This document shows, piece after piece, positions 9,236-19,376 of a stretch of DNA of 20,000 bases (position 1 is the stretch's first letter; each line of letters opens with the position of its first letter). The translations under genes and the position numbers were made by a program. Where the stretch lies: contig BLSG01000345.1 of NCBI GenBank assembly GCA_012862495.1, positions 44,583-64,582 of the forward strand. Reading direction: 5' to 3'. The DNA is from Thraustochytrium aureum. Lineage: Eukaryota. Below the pieces are notes generated by a model, which saw only the letters and a program-made list of their open reading frames with translations, was not told the origin of the DNA and searched no databases.

Positions 9236-11464
9236 TCATCCGTCGTGTTTGTCAACCTTGCATCGACGCTGCGGACTGCGGCGCTGCGGACTGCGACGCA
9301 CAGGAGAGGCACGAGCGAGGTTCTTTGGAGACGCGCCAGCAAGGTGCTTACGGCATGGGGTCGAGGTAGCAGCAATGCGCGCAGCAGCCGCAGCCGCAGT
9401 CGCGAGGGGCTTGCCTCTTGCAGAGCTGACACTCGAGGGAAACGACGCCCTCGCTTTGCACCGCGTCAAGTATGCGCTCCTGCAGCACGCTGCAGGCGAG
9501 CCCGAGCTGGTCCACTGTGAACTTGCGCGCAAATTTCTCCTGGGGGACGAGCCTGTCGCGGCATCCAAGCGCGAGGCGCTGCGTGTAAGGGTTGAGCTCG
9601 ATGCGCTTCGTGGCCACCCACCACAGCGACTCCTCGTAAGGACAGGCGGCGGCAAGGCGCCTCAGAGACTCCATCTCGACTTGCCGACCTAGAGCATGAA
9701 ATTCGGACAGGCCGGCGTCTGACCCGGCCTCGTAGACGCCGCGCACTTGCTCGTGCAGCTCGTCCACGTCACCTAAAAACAAGGAGCGTGCTGGACTCGG
9801 CGGTCCCTTGTCGCCCAGCTGAATACGAACTCGGCTATCGAGTTGTGCAGCCCAGCGCGGGGGCACTGGACTTGGCACCATAACATCAAGACAGTCGCTA
9901 TTCCTCGAGAGCAATACCGGCGAGCCGTCTAACGACCGTTCGCGCTCCTCCGAGTACGCAAGTCGCGCCTCAAATGAAGCAGTTCGCGCCAAACACGGTT
10001 GCGCCTGCGGCGATTCGTCCAGAAGCCCGTCCTCCTCCAAGATGGTTGGTTCTGCCGTGATCCGTTGTTCGCGACCGGTCTCGCGCCGCGGCGCCGTCAT
10101 TGGCGTCGAATACGTCCTGCTGAGCGATCTCTCCAGCGCTGGGGCGACCTGCTTGCAAACCGGGCGATACTGACTCTGCGTTTTTGACCTGCAGCCTGTG
10201 TCTGGCGCATCGTCCTGGGTTTGGACGCTTCGATGCGGCCCTTCGTTGTCGGCAAGCGCATCTTCGTCAGGGCAAGCGGCCGGCGTTGGTGTGCTGGTGG
10301 CCTCCTGGTCCGGCCTGGGCTCCTCGCTGTCTTCAAAAATTCTTGAAAGTCACCGCAGTCTCTGACTCCGCAATCGTCCACAGTTGTGGCCGTGGATGCT
10401 GTTTCGATCGAGATTTGTGAGCTGTCAAGGAGTGGAAAACCTCCTGTGTGGCGCTTTGCGGGTGGCGCGCTCTCCGGCACATCAGCTTTGCGCTTCGGGA
10501 CTGGCGTCGCCACTGGCGAGTCCAGCACGGCTGGTTCTGTTTCGGCGCACTCAAGCAGGGACATGATCTCGTCGACCTCTCTGAGTGTCACAGCCGGCTC
10601 CGTGTTGCGGGGGGCGCGCGCTGGGGTCGCGGGCCTCGACGTCGCTTTGCTTGGCGTGTGCAGCTGAGCAGACTTGTCCATGAAGGCCTTGCCGACGCAC
10701 TCGTACACAACGGCGCGCTCTGCAAGCGGAAGAAACTGCTGCACGCGTTCCAATATCGCCGGATCCTCGTCGACGAGCCGCTTGAGGGGCAAGACCAAGG
10801 CCCGTCGCCTCGCTTTCGGCGCCNNNNNNNNNNNNNNNNNNNNNNNNNNNNNNNNNNNNNNNNNNNNNNNNNNNNNNNNNNNNNNNNNNNNNNNNNNNNN
10901 NNNNNNNNNNNNNNNNNNNNNNNNNNNNNNNNNNNNNNNNNNNNNNNNNNNNNNNNNNNNNNNNNNNNNNNNNNNNNNNNNNNNNNNNNNNNNNNNNNNN
11001 NNNNNNNNNNNNNNNNNNNNNNNNNNNNNNNNNNNNNNNNNNNNNNNNNNNNNNNNNNNNNNNNNNNNNNNNNNNNNNNNNNNNNNNNNNNNNNNNNNNN
11101 NNNNNNNNNNNNNNNNNNNNNNNNNNNNNNNNNNNNNNNNNNNNNNNNNNNNNNNNNNNNNNNNNNNNNNNNNNNNNNNNNNNNNNNNNNNNNNNNNNNN
11201 NNNNNNNNNNNNNNNNNNNNNNNNNNNNNNNNNNNNNNNNNNNNNNNNNNNNNNNNNNNNNNNNNNNNNNNNNNNNNNNNNNNNNNNNNNNNNNNNNNNN
11301 NNNNNNNNNNNNNNNNNNNNNNNNNNNNNNNNNNNNNNNNNNNNNNNNNNNNNNNNNNNNNNNNNNNNNNNNNNGACTTCTGCTGCGTTTGGCGTCCGTG
11401 GTGGAACTGGTCCTCGTTGAGGTGCTGCTGTTTGGGTGGCACTTGGGTAACGACGAGCTTGCAT
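9236..11464 (-). CDS. Uncharacterised SP/TP-rich protein with F-box-like motif; gap- and frameshift-interrupted; start and stop uncertain (stop at 9348 or 9236)
   Basis: ORFs 10097-11524 and 9348-10100 join if the A5 run at 10335-10339 is A6 (DFQEF-FEDSEEPRPDQEATSTPTPAACPDEDALADNEG... continues without a stop into MTAPRR). Candidate ATGs at 11464 and 11524, both in a caacATG context, lie across gap 10824-11374. The F-box-like segment is at 10682-10792. Confidence 0.6.
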
Positions 11465-11524
11465 GTTGTTGAAGACGATGGCCGCGGGCTGGCTGCTGCT
11501 GCTCTGATGACGGACGACAATCAT

Positions 11525-11551
11525 GTTGTTGTTGGTGGTGGTGGTGGTGGC
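11525..11551. repeat. (GTT)n(GGT)n microsatellite
   Basis: gttgttgttggtggtggtggtggtgg directly visible. Confidence 0.85.
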
Positions 11552-12181
11552 GGTGGAGGGCCTGCTTCGCCTGACGCCTGCTGCGTTTGACGTCCTTGGT
11601 GGAACTGCTCGACGATCTCGTCACTGGCTGTTTTCGCGCGGACGTATATGCAGCGCAAGGCTTGAGGCGTGTCACCAGCACGAGGCAACACGATCACGAT
11701 AGTGCACGCAGGTTCATGCCGCGGACGGACGGTCGGCGCCGTTGCCCCATCGGGCAGTTTAGGGCAGCTTTGATGCTGCGTTCAGCGCAGGGCAAACGCT
11801 GCACAGCAACTTTCGCCAGCGCCGGGCCGAGCCGTGGCCGAGCTGCCCTTGGCCGAGATTGGGGATCTGGTACATGTTTGTTGTGCGTCGAGGTCGTCGC
11901 GAGCACATCCATGGGCACAAAGCGGGTTCGGCCAATACTTGCTCGCTAGCTACTAGAGAGACCTCTCATGGACGCAATCAACTGCTGACATGCGGAGTAC
12001 CTAGACCGGATTTGAGGAAAGGCTTGTGCTTTCTTTCTTGATCTCCATTTGGGTCGGTTGTTACTCTACGCGACGCTTAAAGACGGGAGGTGCGAATCAA
12101 GATCTAAAGTTAGGTGGTACCAGGTGGGCTGTTTATGAGCCGCTGCGGGCCCAGCCGTGCTGTGCGGCAAGAAACAGTCGC

Positions 12182-13834
12182 TCAGGTGATCTTCTTCAGC
12201 TCAATCTCGAGCTTGTCGCCAAGCGTCGAAATGTCGTCGATCGGGATGAGGGGGCGGTCCACCTCCTTGTTGGCAAACAACGCGCGCTCGATCTCCTTCA
12301 TGCAATTGATGTCGCCAAAGCGCGGCGAGCGAGCTATGAGCGAGACCGAGGCCCCCTTCTTCGTCCACCGGCCGGACCGGCCGATCCGGTGCACAAAGTT
12401 TTCCGGGTCGGGGTTGTTGCCCTTGCTTGTGGGGAGGTCCACGTTGATAACCAGCGTCACGTTTGGGTTGTCGATGCCGCGTGACGTCACGTTTGTGGAA
12501 ACGAGCGCCTGGCGCTCGCCCTTTTTGAACTCGGAGAGCACAATGTCACGCTCCGCCTTCTGCATGTCGCCGTGGATCTGGCCAACAGTGCCAAAGCCGT
12601 TTTCGCGAAGGTACTCGGTGAGGCGCTGCACGCGGTCCTTGCGGTTGCAGAAGATGACCGTCTGGCCAAGGTTGTGGCTGGCCAGGTTGGTCCAAATTTC
12701 AGTGATCATCTCGTACTTTTGCTGGTATACGCGCTCCTCGTTCGTTTCGTTCGCGTCGCCCACGTACGCGAAAAAGTTGACCACCTTTTCAAGCGTGACG
12801 TCCTGCTTGCGCAGTGTGATCTCGTGGTACTTTGAGAGGTCGTTGGAGTGTCCGCCGACGTACCGCTGCGCGACTTGGCGCACCTCCTCGGTGAAAGTGG
12901 CGCTGAAGAGGAGCAGCTGGCAGGGCTTGCCCTTGCGCTTCTTGAGCACCATGTCGCGGATGGTCACCACGTCGTCGCCAAACCCGTTCGGGGGAGCCTG
13001 AACCATCTTGTCCGCCTCATCAAGCACGAGCACCTTGACGTCCGAGGCGTCGATCATCGGCTTGCGCTTCGTGCGCCCCATCGCGTTGGAGAGGTAGTTT
13101 TTAACCATTCCCACGGTGCCGACGACCACCTGCTCTGAAAAGTCCTCGCCGCGCTGCAGCTCCCACTCGGCGCTCGGCCCGTCGTGGCTCCCTGGCCCCT
13201 TGCTCTTTGCGCTCATGATGCGCCGAGCCCTGATGCCCTTCACAGACCCGAGCGAGTCCACCTCGGTAGCGATCTGCGTGCACAGCTCTTGTGTCACGCA
13301 CAATATGATGCCTTGCGGCGTGCTGGGCTTGGTCTCGGCGGAGATCCGCGCCAGCATCGACACGACGAAGGTGCCTGTCTTTCCTGTTCCGGCTTGCGCT
13401 TGCCCGATTACGTTCAGGGGCGGGTCCTTGAGGATCAGCGGGAGGCCAATCTGCTGGATCTTTGACATGGTCGACCATGCCTTGACGTCGGTGATCGCCT
13501 TCTTGATCGAGTCGTCGATGTTGAGTGCCGAGAAGCTCGTCACCGGCTTGGTTTCGTGCTGGCCCTCTGCGCAGCCGGCCTCGCGCACGATGAGATCCCC
13601 GGTGTGCAGGTCAGGCGCTCCCTGCACGTTCAAGTCGAGCGTCTTGCTCACCTGCTCGGCGAGCGCGTCGACCCCAGCAGGCCCATCCCCCTCTTCCTCC
13701 ACCACATCCGCCCACAGCGACCCAGCGACCTCGGCCTCCTTCGCCCCGGCCTCCTTCGCCCCGGCCACCTTCGGCGCCGCCTCCGCCGCCTCCTGCGGCG
13801 GCGCCACGGGCGGCGTGTCGCCCGCCTCCGCCAT
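12182..13834 (-). CDS. DBP5: DEAD-box RNA helicase, DBP5/DDX19 (mRNA export) family, 550 aa
   Basis: ATG at 13834 (MAEAGDT...), N-terminal WAD motif, Q-motif MSKIQQIGLP, GQAQAGTGKT, LVLDEAD, LFSATF, GQTVIFCN, STNVTSRGID, and VINVDLP...PDPENFVHRIGRSGR typical of Dbp5. Confidence 0.85.
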   Translation of the reverse strand: MAEAGDTPPVAPPQEAAEAAPKVAGAKEAGAKEAEVAGSLWADVVEEEGDGPAGVDALAEQVSKTLDLNVQGAPDLHTGDLIVREAGCAEGQHETKPVTSFSALNIDDSIKKAITDVKAWSTMSKIQQIGLPLILKDPPLNVIGQAQAGTGKTGTFVVSMLARISAETKPSTPQGIILCVTQELCTQIATEVDSLGSVKGIRARRIMSAKSKGPGSHDGPSAEWELQRGEDFSEQVVVGTVGMVKNYLSNAMGRTKRKPMIDASDVKVLVLDEADKMVQAPPNGFGDDVVTIRDMVLKKRKGKPCQLLLFSATFTEEVRQVAQRYVGGHSNDLSKYHEITLRKQDVTLEKVVNFFAYVGDANETNEERVYQQKYEMITEIWTNLASHNLGQTVIFCNRKDRVQRLTEYLRENGFGTVGQIHGDMQKAERDIVLSEFKKGERQALVSTNVTSRGIDNPNVTLVINVDLPTSKGNNPDPENFVHRIGRSGRWTKKGASVSLIARSPRFGDINCMKEIERALFANKEVDRPLIPIDDISTLGDKLEIELKKIT

Positions 13835-14136
13835 CCGCCTCCGCCCACGCGCGCAGCCCCGCGACCAACAGGAGACCTCTCCTNNNNNNNNNNNNNNNNN
13901 NNNNNNNNNNNNNNNNNNNNNNNNNNNNNNNNNNNNNNNNNNNNNNNNNNNNNNNNNNNNNNNNNNNNNNNNNNNNNNNNNNNNNNNNNNNNNNNNNNNN
14001 NNNNNNNNNNNNNNNNNNNNNNNNNNCGCCTGCCTGCCGCGCCGTTTGGGGTCTGCTGCTCCTGCTGCTCCTGCTGCTGCTGGCCGCACGTGTGATGGAA
14101 GAAGACGCCGGAGGAACGAGCAGATCCCCAACGGGG

Positions 14137-14195
14137 CAGGGCGCAGGCACGCAGCCAGGCAGGCACGCAGGCAGGCAGGCAGCCAGGCAGGCAGG
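14137..14195. repeat. Degenerate (GGCA/GCAG)n tetranucleotide repeat
   Basis: gcaggcacgcagccaggcaggcacgcaggcaggcaggcagccaggcaggcagg. Confidence 0.8.
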
Positions 14196-14205
14196 GGAGC
14201 GAGCC

Positions 14206-14601
14206 GGGCTCTGCGCGGGCCGAGGCGCCGGCAGGAGCAGCTGGCTGCGTAGCTGGCTGCGAGGGTTTTGGGCGGGATTTGTAGTTGTTGTTGTTGTGGT
14301 TGTTGGTGGTTTTTTTGCTGGTCGGGCGTGGCAGGACTGCCAGATTGATACTCGAGCTTGCGAGCGCTGGGGCCTTGCGCGGGCCGCGGCGCCAGCAGGA
14401 GCTGGAGCTGGCTGCGCGGGGTTTGGATACTGGAATCGTGACGTAACGAGGTGTCGCAGCGTCGAGCACATAGATACCTTGCGAGCGCTCGAGCTCTGCG
14501 CGGGCCGCAGCGCCAGCAGCGCCAGCAGGAGATCAACCAGGCGAAGGGCAAGGAGTAGCAGCTGGCTGCTCGGGCTTTGGGCGGGTTTCGGGCGGGATTT
14601 G
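14206..14601. repeat. Three degenerate copies of a GC-rich element in the divergent DBP5/RCC1L intergenic region
   Basis: Core TGCGCGGGCCG..GCGCC.GCAG at 14212, 14376 and 14497, each followed by AGCTGGCTGC and a GGG..TTTGG segment. Copies 2 and 3 are preceded by GATAC...CTTGCGAGCGCT. Confidence 0.75.
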
Positions 14602-14640
14602 GCGCCGGAAGTTGTGTCGTAGCGAGGTCTCGCCGGGAAG

Positions 14641-16165
14641 ATGTGGAGCGCGCGCGTGGTGCGGTGGGCGGCTAGAGGTCGCGCTGGGTTGGCGATGGGG
14701 TTGTCGAAGAAGAGGGTGAGGGCGCTTACAGTGGAGGCGCGGCAGGCCTGGGCGGTTGGGCAAGGGATCAATGGGGCTCTTGGGAATGGGAGCACGGACC
14801 GCCAGTCGTCGCCGGTGCCCATTGCGAGTGGGGAGCTCGCGGCAGATGTGCAGGTTGCGCAGGTGGCTTGCGGCTGGTAAGTGGTTTGAGGGATCGGATT
14901 GATAAAGTCCAGTTCGGAGCTGACTTGCTGGCTGGAGAACTTCTCTCGCCATCGGCGTGTGCGCACAGGGGCCATAGCGCCGTCCGTTCAGAGAGCGGAG
15001 ATGTATACGTCTTTGGTCGAACGCATGACGTGCTGCAGTCTCTTCGCTTTGGCCGGATGGAGAAGTACAGCTCGCCAATACTCCAGCTGTACAAAATGTT
15101 CGGAGCCACAGCGCTGTCTCTGGACGCTCCTCTGCCCGTCATGCTGCGCAAGTTTGCTGCTATTCCCGTCCCAAAGAAGGACGACCGCAGCTCGCGAGCA
15201 AAGAAGATCGTTATAGACGCCAGCGTTCTGCTCCCTGAACGACCGCGCATCGTCGACGTCAAGTGCGGTGCTGGTCTCACTGGCATGCTGAGCGACACTG
15301 GGCGCGTCTTCATGCTAGGATCGAACCAGTATGGCCAGACCGGAAGCGGGAACCGCGAAGGTGCCGGGTTCGTGTCTACACCTGTCCTCGGCATCCCGTA
15401 CGAGACAGAAGGGCCAGTCGTCCAGTTTGGTCTAGGATTCCGGCATGCCATAGCGCTCACCAAGTCAGGCAAGGTGTTCACGTGGGGCAAGGGGAACCGA
15501 GGGCAGCTTGGTCAAGGTCCCGCCCGCGCCATCGACTGCCTCGAAGCAGTGCACGTCGATTTGCTGCCTGGGCGTGCTGTCGCAATCGCTTCTGGGTTTG
15601 GCCATTGCCTTGCCGTGCTCGAAGACGGTCGCGTCTTCACCTGGGGCAAGTTCATTTCGCGGTACCAGACCAACGGTCGCACCCTGTATGACGACGCGTT
15701 TCGCCCTGAGCAGGTCGTGTTCGACAATCCAGACCTCAAGGTGCGACGGGTTTGGTCTGGGCACCAAACCAACGTTGCCCTCGCGGATGATGGATCGTTT
15801 TATCAATGGGGGCGCCTCTCCGACCAGACGATCAGCAGCAACCCCTTGTGCTCGATCAGCTCGACCCGGACGGAGATGGCCCGGTGACGGACTCTGTCAC
15901 ACGGATCACCGTACATCGGCCGCTAAAGTTGCCGCTGTCCGCGTCGATCGGCCATGCGCACGACTTGAACATTTGCGTGGGCACCACTGATGTCATTTTG
16001 ACGTGCGAGCGGCTTGACAGACCCCTGGTGTGGGACTGGAACCTCGCGCCGGTTTCGCTTGACCTGCTTGACCCAGATATCGGCGAATTTGTTCGCGGGA
16101 ATCGCGTTGTCGAGGTATCGCAGGGCTGGGAGCACCGGCTGTTCAGAACTGTCGCTGGTCCATGA
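14641..16165 (+). CDS. RCC1-repeat protein, probably mitochondrial (RCC1L/WBSCR16-like), 2 exons (14641-14876, 14969-16165), ~477 aa after correcting a 1-nt frameshift at 15842-15845
   Basis: Arg-rich N-terminus with no acidic residue in the first ~30 aa (MWSARVVRWAARGRAG). RCC1 repeats: VAQVACGW|GHSAV, VKCGAGLTG...GRVFMLGSNQYGQTG, GFRHAIALTKSGKVFTWGKGNRGQLG, IASGFGHCLAVLEDGRVFTWG. The C-terminal VVEVSQGWEHRL closes the propeller in the shifted frame. Confidence 0.8.
14877..14968 (+). other. Spliceosomal intron (92 nt, phase 2)
   Basis: Donor GTAAGT at 14877, branch-like CTGAC at 14920-14924, acceptor CAG at 14966-14968. Splicing gives TG+G (Trp) and restores the RCC1 motif ACGWGHS. Confidence 0.88.
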
Positions 16166-17390
16166 TCCCTCTGGCCTTGTTTGTCACGGAGTGGTGGGGA
16201 GGAGTGGGTCGTGCGTGCTTGCACAGCATCGGCAGGTTGTTGGATGAGCGAGGTGGGGGTGGTATTGTGTGTGTGTGCGCGCGGGGGGAGCGAGCTGTAG
16301 CCGGCAACCTTCAAGTGATTCGATTCATCGTCATCATTCATTCATTCGTTCATCGTTCGTGTTCGTTCGCGCTGAGCGATCGATCGATTCTAGGGGTAGG
16401 TAGCGTAACCCGTAACCACCGAAGGTGCGTGCAATCCAACAACAACAAACATGCAGTTAACGTGACGCTCTCCGGCAAGGCACNNNNNNNNNNNNNNNNN
16501 NNNNNNNNNNNNNNNNNNNNNNNNNNNNNNNNNNNNNNNNNNNNNNNNNNNNNNNNNNNNNNNNNNNNNNNNNNNNNNNNNNNNNNNNNNNNNNNNNNNN
16601 NNNNNNNNNNNNNNNNNNNNNNNNNNNNNNNNNNNNNNNNNNNNNNNNNNNNNNNNNNNNNNNNNNNNNNNNNNNNNNNNNNNNNNNNNNNNNNNNNNNN
16701 NNNNNNNNNNNNNNNNNNNNNNNNNNNNNNNNNNNNNNNNNNNNNNNNNNNNNNNNNNNNNNNNNNNNNNNNNNNNNNNNNNNNNNNNNNNNNNNNNNNN
16801 NNNNNNNNNNNNNNNNNNNNNNNNNNNNNNNNNNNNNNNNNNNNNNNNNNNNNNNNNNNNNNNNNNNNNNNNNNNNNNNNNNNNNNNNNNNNNNNNNNNN
16901 NNNNNNNNNNNNNNNNNNNNNNNNNNNNNNNNNNNNNNNNNNNNNNNNNNNNNNNNNNNNNNNNNNNNNNNNNNNNNNNNNNNNNNNNNNNNNNNNNNNN
17001 NNNNNNNNNNNNNNNNNNNNNNNNNNNNNNNNNNNNNNNNNNNNNNNNNNNNNNNNNNNNNNNNNNNNNNNNNNNNNNNNNNNNNNNNNNNNNNNNNNNN
17101 NNNNNNNNNNNNNNNNCCCTCTTGAGAGCCAGCCCTTCCAATAAAAAGTACGACAGACACAAGCGCGCGCAAACTCAAAACTGCAAACAAGCCAACTCCA
17201 CTCCAGCCAGCCAAGCCAATCAATCTCAACAGAACACCCACTCGACCGACCAAACCTCCGCGCTAAGAGAAACAAAAGACTCTTGACGTCGGTCGCGCAA
17301 GAAAGATATGATGAAGGCGTTGAGCAGACGCGCCGAATTGTGTGGAACGTTCACAACACGCCGTGCACAGCTCGCAAGACCACCCCTCCT

Positions 17391-17513
17391 ACCCACCCAC
17401 CCACCCACCCACCGATCCAGCGAACTAGCCCACATCCCGTTCTGTACACACATCTCGTAGATACACAGCAGAGGAGCGAGGAGGTTGACGCACAGCACAG
17501 CACAGCACAGCAC
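17391..17513. repeat. Microsatellites (ACCC)n at ~17391-17412 and (CACAG)n at ~17491-17513
   Basis: acccacccacccacccacccac and cacagcacagcacagcacagcac. Confidence 0.85.
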
Positions 17514-17793
17514 AACTCGAGCGCCTAAGGCTCTGTCTGTCCTGTCCTTCTGTGTTGGCGACTCCCGCCCAACCCGCCGAGATCACGACAACGATGGCAA
17601 CGCGCAGAGGAGACAGACCAGACCCTACCAACCCGATCCCCACCCGAAACCCCAACCAAAGAGCCAAGAGCAAGCAAGCTCGTGGCGGCTGCCACATTCG
17701 ATCGACCGTCGAAGAGGCCGCCGACACGAGCGACCGGTTAGGCAGGGCCACGGCCCACCGAGAAGCCGTAACCTCGCCGCCTTTCCCGGCAAC

Positions 17794-19300
17794 TTACCGG
17801 ATATTCATGCGCTGCAACCCACCGCGGACCGGCTTGGAAACGCCCGGCAGCTTCTTCACCGTCTTGACGGGCTCAGCGGCCTCAAAGACCTTCCAGAACC
17901 GCAGCGTCTCGTCAGCAGCGGCAGAGCAGACCATGGTCCCATCGGGCGACGCAGCGAGGTGGAGCACGCGCGCGGTGTGGCCGGACAGCTCCTTGGTCTT
18001 GACCATGGACGGGTACTTCCAGAGGCAGAGCTGGTTCTCGCTAAACCCGTGCGATGGACAGCAGCTCCTTCTCATGGGGGTTCCAGACCAAGCTGCAGAC
18101 TTGCGAGCCAGTGTCGACGCTGTTGAGGCAAGCCCCGTTTGCAGCGTTCCACATCTTGATGGTCCGGTCCGCCGTACCGCCTCCGCTAGCGAGCACGTTG
18201 CGCTGGTGCGGGCACCACGCGAGCGCCTTGACGGCCGCGAGGTGTTCCGAGATCTTGAGGCGCGGCGCTTGCGCCGCCTGGCGTGAGCCGCCGCTGCTGA
18301 AGCGCGCGTCCCATAGGCAGAGCAGGTTGTCGTTGCCGCCAGAGGCCAGCGTTTGGCCGTCGGGCGACCAGGTCAGCCCGCACACTTCCTGGAGGTGGCC
18401 CTCGAGCACGCCCACCTTGTGCTGCGCGATGCGCACGTCGTGGTGGACGATAGTCGAGTCGCGCCCCCCGCTCGAAAGGATGTGCTGGTTCCAAGACAAC
18501 GAGCTCACGCGCGAGCTGTGACCGTCCATGTTGCGGAGCAACTTGGAGGTCTCGACGTCCCAGAGCTTGGTTTCGCAAAAGTTGGTGCCCACCGCGAGGT
18601 AGCCGCCGCCTTCCTGGACAAACTTGACCGACGTGATGTAGTCGTCCTCCCCCTCGCACTGGCACAGCTCTTCGATGCCGCCTGTCTCTGCATTCCAGAG
18701 GTAGACGGTTTGCCCGAGAGCCACGGCGAGCAGGTTGCTCGCGCCCCAGTCTACGAGGTTGAGGTAGTAGTCGTCCAAGAGGTCCGGGGCGTCCAGGATG
18801 CGTTCGGGCGCCGAGGGGATGTGCCTCGTCACCTTTTGCGTCTTGGCCATCTTGGCTTTGTTCTGCGTGTAGAGCACCTTGAGCGAGTTCTCAAAGCCCT
18901 CCGGGGGGGCTGGGGCCTTGTTCTTGAAAGCAAGGACACGGCCCTGGCCTGCGCCCATGCTGCTGGCCAGCGTCTTCTTGAACTCTGTGCGCGTCGGGCT
19001 TTCGAGTTGGTTGCCTGCCGCACCGTTGTTCTCCTTCATCAAGTTGAAGTGTGCGTTGGCCAGGTCCATGGCGCCCCGGTTGGGAATGAATCTGTCGTGC
19101 TGCGGCGTCGACTTGCCTTTGGCAGGCGTCTTGCTACGGCTGCGTTTGCGGGTTGAGCGCGGCGTCTTGACGCCGCTTGAGCGTTGAGCTAGGGCTTTGC
19201 GTTTCCACCGCGGCTCGACGGCGCCCTCGACGTCCTCGCCAAAGTTGAGGCAGTCGTCCAGCTCCAGCTGCTCCTGTACGTACGTGCTTGCGCTACGCAT
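17794..19300 (-). CDS. CDC20: APC/C co-activator Cdc20/Fizzy (~501 aa after removing one extra base at 18055)
   Basis: C-box DRFIPNR, KEN, Mad2-interacting-like [68 protein letters not shown], and C-terminal IR tail (MNIR). Confidence 0.95.
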
Positions 19301-19351
19301 CTTGTCTATCTGTCTGTCTGTTAGTCGCTTTTCTTTCTTTCTCTCTTTCTC

Positions 19352-19376
19352 TCGTCGTCGTCGTCGTCGTCGTCGT
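19352..19376. repeat. (TCG)n trinucleotide microsatellite upstream of CDC20
   Basis: tcgtcgtcgtcgtcgtcgtcgtcgt. Confidence 0.9.

Noticed and set aside
9348..9430. Emi1-like F-box + zinc-binding APC/C inhibitor near CDC20
   Set aside because: The Cys-rich tail is probably an off-frame poly-Ala and lacks ZBR spacing; gene proximity is weak evidence in eukaryotes.
10097..10100. ATGA overlap suggesting operon-like translational coupling
   Set aside because: Better explained as one gene with a frameshift at 10335-10339; the downstream frame is open well upstream of that ATG.
13835..14551. N-terminal extension of the DBP5 ORF to 14551
   Set aside because: It crosses a gap and translates microsatellite/repeat sequence; the ATG at 13834 gives a typical N-terminus.
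14206..14601. CRISPR-like repeat-spacer array
   Set aside because: Repeats are degenerate and irregularly spaced, the context is eukaryotic, and there are no cas genes.
16162..17286. Long ORFs spanning the N-gap 16484-17116 (and similar ORFs over the other gaps)
   Set aside because: Their length comes from Ns; the flanks are low-complexity UTR-like sequence.
17283..17751. Small ORFs downstream of CDC20
   Set aside because: Non-ATG starts or low-complexity, microsatellite-containing sequence with no recognisable homology; likely 3' UTR or intergenic.
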